NCBI RefSeq assembly: GCF_033153115.1
Contig: NW_026889750.1
Span: 45,322,001-45,386,000, forward strand
From: Saccostrea echinata
Lineage: Eukaryota
Reading direction: 5' to 3'
Length of the DNA: 64,000 nt
Position 1 is the first letter of the stretch. Each line of letters begins with the position of its first letter. Under the pieces are notes generated by a model, which had not been told where the DNA came from, made no database searches, and saw only the letters and a program-made list of their open reading frames with translations. A program made the position numbers and the translations under genes. Below are positions 50,501-62,100 of this stretch, in pieces.

Positions 50501-53500
50501 CATACTGATGTTGAGAATCTCCAGTGAGGTGCAGTATTTACTGATGGACCTCAGGCCCTCATCTGTAAAATCTTTCTTCCTCATGCCACTAAGGTCGATC
50601 TCTACCAGGCTGGATCCTCTCTTCTCCATAATCTAAAATATTTCATTATAAATAGCCTCACTTATACAGTTTCTCAACTATGTCCCATTTAGAAATAACA
50701 AGCAAAGCAATTTAATAATCTATGTGTATGTGATATTTTAACTGCTCTTTTGGCAAATTGTAAATTTAACGGGTAGTTATTTTACAATAAACTTGTTAAA
50801 TCTTACTTCAGTGTTGCAGAAAGGTGCCAAGAGAGGTAACTCTCCTTGCACAATATATAAAACATTCAAGTGAAGTTGATACCATGTTTAATTTGGCTAA
50901 AATTTTACAGATTCTTAGATTTTCTGGTACATGTAATGACTCTTGATGAACCTCTATTCAGGAATGTGATTTACCTGAGTAAATGTGTCATCATCTAGAC
51001 AGGGAATCCCACAAAGCCGGACAGACTGGAGGTTCCTCAGTCTCTGCAAGGCTTCAACCAAAATCTCCTTGTCCTCCAACATAATTCCACATAAGGAAAG
51101 GGTTGTCAGGGTAACTGGAAGTGTCCATAGTGACTGGTTGTCTGGACTGTGACTCAGCTGTACACAGTAAGACAAATCCAGGTTCCTCAAAGAGGTACAG
51201 CCTTGTGTTAGCTACAATCAGAAAAACAAAGAGGTACAGCCTTGTGTTAGCTACAAACAGGAAAACAAAGAGGTACAGGCCTGTGCTAACTACAGTAAAA
51301 CAAAGAGGTACAGCCCTGTGTTAATTACAGTAAAACAAAGAGGTACAGCCTTGTGTTAACTACAGTAAAAGAGGTACAGCCCAGTATTAACTACAGTAAA
51401 ACAAAGAGGTACAGCCCTGTGTTAACTACAATCAGGATAACAAAGAGGTACAGCCCAGTATTAACTACAGTCAAACAAAGAAGTACAGCCCTGTGTTAAC
51501 TACAGTAAAACAAAGAGGTACAGCCCTGTGTTAGCTACAATCAGGAAAACAAAGAGGTACAGTCCTGTGGTAACTACAGGAAACAAAGAGGTATAGCCCT
51601 GTGTTAACTACAATCAGAATAACAAAGAAGTACAGCCCTGTGTTAGCTATAGGAAAAACAAAGAGGTACAGTCCTGTGTTAACAACAAAAACAAAGAGGC
51701 AGCCCTGTGCTAACTTCAGAAAAACAAAGATGTACTGTCTTGAACTAACTACAGGAAAACAAAGAGGTACAGCCTTGAGCTAACTACAGGGAAACAAACT
51801 ATAACTATAGAAAAACAGCGGTACAACCCTGTGTTAACTACAGGAAAACAAAAAGATAAAGCTCAGTGTTAACTAGAGGAAAACAAAGAGGTAAGACCCT
51901 GTGTTAACTACAATCATGAAAACAAAGCAGTGAGAGGGGCACATCTCAAAAACAGAATATTCAGGGTAATAAATCTCAAAAACAATTTATTAAGAAAGGA
52001 CTTCTTAACAGAACAAATGATCACCCTTCCTCCTTAAATAAGAGGTTATCTACATAATAATTCTAACTGTTTAGTTTTAAATAATCTTGAAGCAATTATA
52101 CTGTGTAAATTTAAAATTTTTATCCAGTAATTTTTTTTCTTTGAGTAAACGTAAGATAGTTAACATAGTTTACCTTTAACAGTGAACCTCCCGTTATTCT
52201 GGGACATCCATAAAGACTTAATCTGGAAAACACAATTCATTTGCATTGTGACACTTTAGTAAGATGAAAATGACAAATACTTTGTCATGGAATCAAACAC
52301 TCCTCATACATGCATGGTTTGTAATAAAAATAAAAGATGCAGTTGTAACTTTGACAATGTTATTGGGTCCAATTCACCCCCACTCCCTTTGATCCACCTT
52401 CTAGTTAATGCTGAATGCTCATGATCAAAATCCTGTACATGCAAAGTTTGATATTTTTTAAATTACCTTAGTGTGTTGAAAGTTTTTATTACCAATTGCT
52501 GATTAGCCTTTAAAAATTAAAAAAAACTGATAAACAGATAGTGTGGCAGACAGCCATGTTTAACTAAAAAATTGTATTAAATTTGGGGAAAAAACAGAGA
52601 GTAATGAGATACTTACACTTGAAGATTGGGACATCTGGTGGCTAAGACACACAAGCATACATCACTGATTGTGTGAGGGGCAAAGTGTAGCTCCTTCTGT
52701 AACAATAAAAAGTGTAAGAATTAAAAACCTGAAAACAAAACACAATAATGCAGAATAGTTTTCAGAATAACACATTTAACAGTTTATTTCTCTTTTGGTG
52801 TAACCAGGTTGGGAATTCTTTTGATAGAACATAGGTGTCTTTGTGGTCTGCATCCCCAGTAGAACTGATGAAGCATCCAGGGCATGAATAAGACTAATTA
52901 TTGTTGGATGAACCAAATGTTTATAACTTTGGTTTTGATACCATCAAACTGACTCAACTACTAATCTCAAACATGCCTTTACAGAGACTCAAATAGACAG
53001 GCATATAATGTGATTTCACTACCTTTCTCTTTGTTGTTAGGGAACGGGGTATGAATAAAAACTACAGCTTGATGCTAAATATCAAAACTATTACTGATAT
53101 AAAGCAAACATACCAGTGTTGGACCCACAGTCTCTGCGATATCATGAAATAATAGATCATCATATTTGTGGTTACCCTGTCCTGCCACACGGAGAACTTC
53201 TATGCTGGGATTATTCTGTAAGACGGTGAGAACACCTATAAAGGATAATAAGATCATGTCACAACTGCTGCTGACTGTGTGTATTTTTTCAAAATTACTG
53301 TTAAACATTTACAGACTGGGGAATACTGTACAGTAGAATTAAAAAAACCCAATAAATTGGGTCTTTTGCATGAAATCAGTACAGAATTATAAATCTGTTT
53401 TTATTTTTTGGTGTTTTAGGATAAGTTTGTGTTTGTTTGAATTATCATTACTGAGAATAACCCACCTTTTGAATTCATCTGGGAGCAGCCCTTTAAATTA

Positions 53501-54268
53501 AGTGTATGAAGGACTGGAGATTTAACATTTCCCAAGCCTTTTTGGGTCAAATGTATCAGATACTTTAACACCAAGGTCTCCAGGGACTTTTGTTGATGAG
53601 TCACAGCTAAAACTCCAACATCTGAAACAAAGCGTCAACAGTTAAAACACATCATGCACGTGCATAGCTAATAAATGAATGACAGAAAAAAAAAATCAGT
53701 TACTGTAAACATTCTAGACTTATTTTAGGGGTTATCATAATCTTGTCCTGCTTCATGTCTGCTAATTCATGAACACCCTAATCAATGATTTAAACTTATA
53801 TTTGCCATTTTCAGGACTCAAGGACTTACTCAATCTAATTTATAATTGCACTTATCATTTTAAAGGAGAGATTGGGCTAAATTTTTAGTGTACTAATTTA
53901 TGTACGATTACAGTATTTTTACTCCTATTCATTATATCTTGTTTTATTTTTCTTGATATGATAAAACTGAGACCTGAGACATCACACTTTTCTATGACAA
54001 GAGTCTTTAACTGTCTTCGAGAATCAGCAAAGGATTTCAGGAACTGGTCGTTAACTTGATCACAGTGGTAAAGCTGAAGGTGCTGAAGTGAGGTGACAAA
54101 CAGTTGCTGCTTGACACACTCCATGACATTTGGGGTCAAAAGGCTATGTTCACTGAGGCGCATCAGTAACAGTTCCTTGTAGATTCGGGGGAGTTTCTCC
54201 TTGATGTGGGGTATGTCCTGGATACTGTTCATAATACAGTGAATACATGTGTCCTCAAGAGATTTCAT
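47509..54268 (-). CDS. Cys-containing leucine-rich repeat protein (FBXL/AMN1-like), 10 coding exons, ~559 aa
   Basis: Phase-consistent exons: 53974-54268, 53466-53621, 53114-53235, 52617-52696, 52174-52222, 50975-51211, 50408-50632, 49998-50153, 48522-48707, 47509-47682 (sum 1680 nt). LRR-CC motifs such as CPNLQVLSLYGCPRIT, CTSLEILNISMC, CPYLEEIYLNGCKQIS. The N-terminus may extend through an acceptor at ~54327 to an upstream exon at ~54480-54534. Confidence 0.88.
48050..48560 (-). repeat. Degenerate ~42-bp minisatellite anchored on the donor of LRR exon 48522-48707
   Basis: Minus strand agatatctaccactactttacagtatctcatg|gtaatt repeats with increasing divergence; ORF track shows ISTTTLQYLM/ISTANLQYLM/IFTTNLQYLI. 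Confidence 0.85.
48689..49925 (-). repeat. 30/36-bp minisatellite anchored on the acceptor of LRR exon 48522-48707
   Basis: Plus-strand unit ataaaccagtgtctgttacctgtcaagtat = minus atacttgacag|gtaacagacactggtttat, roughly 38 copies filling nearly the whole intron. Confidence 0.97.
51188..51927 (-). repeat. 35-39-bp minisatellite anchored on the acceptor of LRR exon 50975-51211
   Basis: Minus unit ttttactgtag|ttaacacagggctgtacctctttg versus the real ttttctgattgtag|ctaacacaaggctgtacctctttg; roughly 20 copies. Confidence 0.95.
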
Positions 54269-56165
54269 TGTCTGATGTGATTTGTATTGCTTCCTGGGAT
54301 TGTCTGGTAGACTACTGTACCATTTCCTTTAAAAATACTATGATGTTTATTTTATATATTTGTATGGTTAAATGACTAGTTCTAGTTGTAATGCTTTCAT
54401 TCACAATACAAATGGCATTTGAAATGCAGTAGTGTGTCTGTGCATTGGTAGTTCACTTTTCAGGAGATAGGTGAATTACATGAAGAACATCATGGTTATT
54501 TCCGGAAGCACCATATACTGCTCATATTTTAAATCTGTGAAATACAAAATAGGATAGACCATACAACAAACAGTTAACATTAATGAGTACTTGTGAACAA
54601 TAGGCTTAATACAGTTATTTTTTAAAAATCCTATCATTTTTGTCAGTTGTTTAAATGAAACCCTATGTACATCAAAATCGTATTAAATGTAGTAGTGTAG
54701 GCAGGCAGGCTCACATTAATTAACCTATTAGTCTCCAATGTAAACATTGTACAGTGTAATATTAAACCTCATTTACAACAAATATTGACCTTTCATGACA
54801 TACATTAGTTTCTAAAATAAAGTAAAATCTTTCAACTTTTCATTTTCAAGGCACACAAAATCTTCGGAAAAGGGTGCTTACCAGGGTCAATCCTATTAAT
54901 AATAAGATTGTGTAAACTGAAAGTATTTATAGCTTAGCCAACTCCCGTTACTATTTATAGTTCTGATTCAGACTTCCGATCCCGATCTTTAGAGTTACTC
55001 AGATTATTATTAAAGATTCTGTACTGAATATTACCTACTCTGCGTCACAGGAATTTAGATTCATGTGAACAATTAATAATATTAGTTAGCTAAAATACTC
55101 TCATAGCGACAAAATAAACGTTATATTTAACTTTTTCCCCATATGATAATAGGAGACAAATTCAAACGGTAAAAAAAAATGTGAAATACATCTAAATAAA
55201 ATAATGAAATCTTTTGAAACATAATCGAATTTATGCAGATGAATAAGATAAGATCACAATTGAGAAAATATGTAAATAGACTGTTTTTGATTTTGATATA
55301 AGGCCTCATCTTGAATGTGCGACAGATGGACAGATGGAACACTATTGATTTTTCTGTGCGTTGTAAAAATAAAGTCAAGCGTCACATCATTTTGTAGTCA
55401 AACTTTAAAGGATTGCCTAGAGATGTTTTAATATAACAGTAAGTTATTACTTGTTACTTTAATCTTAAATGTGTATTGACTTTTAATTTTAGCGAATCTC
55501 AATAATCAAGATAGATCTATTTTAATTTTGCATTGCTTGTAATATAAATTATTCCAATCGATTCTCAACCCCCTTTTACCTACAGAAATTGATTTCAAAG
55601 CAGGCATATATTTTATGAGAAAATGATTTTATGATATAAATACTCAATTCAAAGGTTGGTTGTACGAGCTTATGCAAGTCCAAAGTGGAAGGGGGTGAGG
55701 GTTTTCCCTCCTTTTTTGATGTAGTTTTCCAAAAAGTAGGTAGATATGGCCCCTACCCCCTTGTAAGCTCTTGTACACACTACGGCTAGTCATTATAGAG
55801 TTCAGTTTATAGGTTATATGTGCACATTAATAACATTAAAAAAAGTTAGAGACATGATATTTTGGTTTTGTGAAGGATCTGGACATTATCTCTCTGTTCC
55901 ATTTTCTTACAACTCCACGTTTTTCCTTTTTAACAAGCATTATAAGATCAGAAGTGATGACAATTTGGTTCTGCCTTGTTACTTTACTACATTTTAACTA
56001 CACGATAAACACTTTCATAGAAATAGGGGAAAAAAGATCAAAAAAGCAGAAAAATGGGGTCAATTAGAATCAAAGTTGTGTAATAGTATAAAAGGCATTG
56101 CAAATTTCCCTTTCGGTGTTAATTTTTATATACATCCCTGTACATCTTACTTGCAGACAAATACA

Positions 56166-59100
56166 ATGGATCGTGGGACTTCCAGGGGACGGGCGGTGGA
56201 GAAGTTTGCTGAGGTGTGCCGGGATGTCCTGACTGAGCCTGAACGCCTAGGCCTGTATAAGCTTCTCAGCGACTATCACAGGAGACGAAGGGTTGAACGA
56301 CTGGTCCCTGGACTGTTCAAGGTCATCAGGGAGGAAAATAGGATGGAGGTCATCCACGTCCTGCGTCAGCTGATTCCATACGCGCACCTGCCAGAATTCG
56401 ACAGACAAACCCGTCAGAGAAGGGCCAGGGGTCAACTCAAAACCTTCTTTTGGGACGACGAAGATGATGGGATAGGAACCACAGTCAGCTTCAGCAGTGG
56501 TGGGTATTTTTTGTTTCGTTTAGGGATGTTTCAGGGTTGTCTTGATTAATGGCGATAACATTTTTAACCTAGATTTAAGACAAAGCTTTGCATCTAAACG
56601 TTATAATATAAATCCAATAACTATTGCTCCTGTCCTGAGGATGATACCAGAAATTATTTTGACAATTATTAGGGTCTCCTTTCGAAAGAAAAATTTAAAT
56701 TTAGATTTCAAGTACCCATCAATATATTTAGAAGGCCCGAACGTCAGGGAAATACTTTTATCACTGTTGAAATTAGTGACGAAGAAAATTATATAGAATA
56801 TATACATATAAAAATTACAAGTAGAAATATAACTGTATAAGTAGGATTTTAAGTTACAGAAAGAAATTCAGAAAAAGAAAGACAGTAATTGATTTCATGA
56901 AAAACTATTCACAACAATGTGTTATTTTAGGAAAAAGTAGTGTTGCAAGTATATATTTCAAACTAAGCAATCCTATTTAAAACTGAACCAAAGCTAGAAC
57001 TAAAAAAATACATCTTGAAATCTTTTCTATAAGATAAAATACATCTTGAAAAATTTATCTCAAATGAAAAATGGCCACTTTTCATTTTTCTAATTTTGTT
57101 CGGAAAGGATCTTTTTCCTTCATCGATGAATAATTAATCACACTGCCGTCTTCGCCATTGTTTTGGCGTAGCTGGAGGGATGCATCAGCAGCATTACTTC
57201 CAGTATTGATTGTCTACCTTTTGCCAGGTAAGACACTCAGGTAAGGGGACATGCCTGGGGCATCAATCTTCAGGTAGGTGACATATGGACTTTGCCGATT
57301 AACATAAGGATGTCATATGATACGTACAGTGTGTAATACCTTTACCTATAGATATTTTACATTCATACTACGAGGGGTTATCAAAAAGTTCGTGGACTGA
57401 CGCGATAAAATTAATAATATGTAGTCTTTGCTTACAAAATTTATGCGGAACATAAAACAACAAAAGTTTAAGAAATGTTGAAAATTTTAGCTTGATACGT
57501 TGATAATTTGTCAAATTATTCTAAAATTAAAAAGACTTTATGTGATTACCCGGTGCTGTCGCCCTTTAGTGTCATGACGTCCGCTTAACGTCATTGTTTC
57601 TTAATGTCCGCTCTCTCTACCTCATACACTTATCTTTATGAGATTACCTGGGGTTAAGTAAGGACTTAAACCCGTCTTATTTATATAAATTTACAATGTC
57701 ATGAGCAGCTGTTTTCAATGCATATAATATTGTAAATGGATCTTTATATGGGGAAAGATCCTCACTTGATTATGCCAGAATACTTAGCTTGTTGGAGTTC
57801 AATTTCTACCACACATGATCAACGTCACTTTTCGACGTGACTGACCTTTGACACCCTGACTACATATCGACACTAACTGTGCATATTTCATCTCTCTGAA
57901 TCTTTTTGGGCATTAAAAAACAAGTACTCTGGATGCATTTTATTTTTCTGTAGCCAGTTTAAACATTCCTTAGGTCAATACCAGTTTTTCCAGGAGCGAA
58001 ACTCTATAGAGTGTTTGAAAAAGAAACCCCTCCCCCTTTTTGACGTTATTTTCAAGCCAATAATTGTTTGGACACTCCATATAAAATTTACGATAAAATT
58101 TCATAGAAATTACAGAATGGGGTAAAAATTGCAAATTTTACTGAACAAATGTTTCGTACCACATGCCTGATTTAACGAGTTTTTTTTAGGACAAATACTC
58201 ATATCTAAAGAGTTTTTTTCAGTTACACTCAGGTAGAAAAAAACGTCATATTAGAGGTTGCGCCGCCTGGACATACCTTTGCTTACAAAAACACTAACAA
58301 TTTATTAAAAAATAAAAATTATGATTTATGGTTTATTCTATAGATAGAAAAGATGATGCTAACTAAATGTGTAAAAATTCATTGATGTACCTAAAGCGGT
58401 TTTAATTTTCTGACGCTAGTCCACGAACTTTTTGATAACCCCTCGTACATACGTAAAATTATTAAAAAAGAGCTGATATTCTCTGTTGTATATGTAAACC
58501 TGCAGTGGCAGTAAAAACGGACAATTTCGAGTTTTGATAGGATATATGTTAAATAAATCCAACTTAAATAATCGTTATGTAAATGTTTTATTATTGATTT
58601 CAGTGGCAGCTTGTGAAACAACGTTGTCTAAAAAATACTACAATTTTAGCCATTTCGTCATTTTCTTGACCCTCCTGAGAGGATTTGATAGACTATATAT
58701 ATTAAAGCCCCCCCGCCCCCCCTCCCACACCCGCCCCGAATTTTGTAGAGATCTACCTATGTATCTACATGTATGCATATGTCACTATTTCAGATTCTGT
58801 GTTTCTAAAAGCAGTGATATACATTGTACATTCAATCTTTTGTACCGTGAAATAAATAATTCAGGGAAATGACCTGAATTTCCGCCGTTTCATAATAAAA
58901 TCACCGCCCAGTATTAGCTCTGCAGCTGATATTTTCCACAAAAATGCAATTTCCCTGATGAAATAATTCATCTAATGCGGAATGAAACATGTAATTACAA
59001 AAATACTATAATCAGTGAAATACCACCAGCATTATGCCCCAAATGTAAATGTGATCGATTTGGATTTTGGTACTTCATCTTTTCTGCGACCAGAGAATTA

Positions 59101-62100
59101 ATTGAAAATGTTAGCATAACAAGAAGAAACTTAGGTATTTAGATTTGGATTTCAAATTTATTTCAAAATTATATTATGACCCCCCCCTTTCCCCTCTTCC
59201 ATATCAAATATGCATATTACGATGCAGTTGAGATTATTAATGATTTTGTTGAAGTTCTGTTTAAACTTCTATCATATCTTTCTTTTTTTACCGTTATCTC
59301 TTTACAGAGGACGAGTCGGAGGGTGAGAAAACTCGGGAGGATTTACATGAAGTAACCTTACATAGGGATAGTCCATCACAGAATCTAGGATTCAGTATCA
59401 GGGGCGGATCAGAGCATGGTCTGGGGGTGTATGTCAGTGAGGTAACACCCGATTCTTTAGCGGGTGAGTTGATTTTGTAGGAGTTAATATCACACAGTAC
59501 TGTTTTTGTATTCAAAAACCTTGATTTATTTAGATTTTTTCACAGATAATTAATCACGACATTCTTGCATCTACAAATTTGATCTAAAATTAGCTTAACA
59601 TTACATGGAATCTACGGAAGCAAGGAAACTTTTGTGTTACACATGTTAAATTTTATCCTATGATAAAATGCACACAAATGCTTTAAATTATTTCCTTGTT
59701 ATTCAGAAAATTCATTAACATATCTTTCATTAGTATTGCAGTAGCCCTCCTCTCTTAAAATTGCATCATTTTGTTCCGGTTTGGTAAAAAAAAATCAGCC
59801 ATTAAAAATATTTATAGTCATAAAATAATGTATATTTACACTAATCCTAAATACATGTAATTATTAAACCTATTGACACCAGATTGACTGAACAATTAAT
59901 TGAAGGTTTTCAAAAAGGAACAAAAAGAGAATTTGTTTTTAAATCTTACTTCTTATATGGTCAGCTGGAGCAGGATTGGAGTTTGGTGACAAAATCTTGT
60001 CAGTAAATGGCGTCAGTCTAAAGAATAAGTCCAGCAGTATTGTGGCGAGTCTTATGACCAGCAGCTCAGATATCAACATGACACTGAGGATGACCGGGCA
60101 CCTGCCAAAATGGCGATTATTCAAGGAAAAGACAGCATGGTGAATACAAAATATGAATAATTTAGATTGTATACAATTTCCATATCTAGTAAAATCCTCC
60201 TATACAATATAATAATCATAAAAAACAACAAAATTATATTTAGAAAGAGGTTGAAGTAGGATTATTCAACTGCCAAAAGAGACAGGAAACAAAATTATTT
60301 CAGGTTTGACCACGAGAAAAAGACGGTAATATGTGGGGAGTTTGAGAAATCTGGAGCTTCACACTACATAAAAGGTCTAGACATGGATATTCCCGAGCGA
60401 AGAGTGACATTGATCAATGATGGAGTTCTGGGGCTCAATATTAGGGGAGGGTCAGAGTTTGGCCTGGGTATTTACGTGTCAAGGTAAGACAAGGTATACA
60501 CAGTGGAATGGCATCTCCTTAAAGTTCACTGACCCTCTGATAAGAGAGATAACTCTATTATTCCTTTATAAAATTGTCAAGTTAAAGGGACATTTCTGTC
60601 AATTTCCCCCTTTTGGTATGTTGAAATACTTTGCATTTTAATTATGATTATAAATCCTTACCATTCAAGACAAATTTTATGTAAGTGAACAGAGGAGTGA
60701 TGGACACTGAACATTTTTATTTAAAAAATTCAAAAATGCAGATATGCTCAGAACTTAAGATTCATTAGACTAAATTTTAATATGATTAATAAAACTTTAT
60801 CACTTTTTTTCAGCATTGACCCAGGGGGGCAAGCAGAACGCCAAGGGGTAAGGGTTGGAGACCAGATAGTGGAGGTCAACGGTGTTAAATTTGAAGACGT
60901 TACACATGCCAGGGCTGTAGATGTTCTAACGAGTCAGGACCACATAATTATTACACTGAGAGTAAGTCCTTCATTTAAAGTTACTCACACCACATCACTG
61001 AGAGTAAGTCCTAAACTTAAAGCTACTCACACCACATCACTGATAGTAAGTCCTAAACTTAAAGCTACTCACACCACGTCACTGATAGTAAGTCCTAAAC
61101 TTAAAGCTACTCACACCACGTCACTGATAGTAAGTCCTAAACTTAAAGCTACTCACACTACGTCACCGTGAGTGAGTCCTCCAACTAAAGCTACTCACAC
61201 TACATTCCTGTGAGTAAGTCATCCAACTAAAGCTACTCACACTACATTCCTGTGAGTAAGTCATCCAGCTAAACTACTCACACTACATTCCTGTGAGTAA
61301 GTCCTCCAATTAAAGCTACTCTCACTACATTCCTGTGAGTAAGTCATCCAATTAAATGTACTCACACTTCATTCCTGTGAGTAAGTCATCCAATCAAAGC
61401 TACTCACACTATGTCACTGTGAGTTCCTACATTTTAAGCTACATAACTTAGAGTAAGTCCTCCTATTGAACATTCACATCACATCAATGAAATTGAGTCG
61501 TTCATTTAAAGCTACTCACACTACATCGCTGAGAGTGAGTCCTCATCTGAAAGATACTTACTCTACATCACTGAGAGTAGATTCTACACTTTAAGCTACT
61601 CACACTACATCACTGAGAGTAAGTCCTCCACTTAAAACTACTCACACTATATCACTAAAAATAAGTTCTTTTCTTAAAGCTACTCACACTACATCACTGA
61701 GAGTAAGTCCTCCATTTGTAAGCTTCTCTAGTGATACTAGTATACAGATTCATCCCGTACATTTTTTAGCGAATGAAATTTGTTAAGAATGATATTTAAG
61801 AAAATAATTTATAAACGAATAAAAAAAGCTTTGAATTTTAAACAGGATGTTGGTCGATACCCGGCATTTAAAGAGGTGTATGGAAAATATTCTTGGATTC
61901 ATGGAAACCCTAAAGTTGGAAGTACGTTCTCACAATATATCATGGCACTGTATGAGATGAACAGTAATTGTTGAGTTGTTGAATATAGTAATTGTTAATA
62001 AAGTAATAGAAGAAAACACTCAGATTTTGTGTTTCTTTAAAATTTAATGCTGCTTGCTTTGTTTCAATTCCATATAGCACGCAAAAACAAAGCACTGCAT

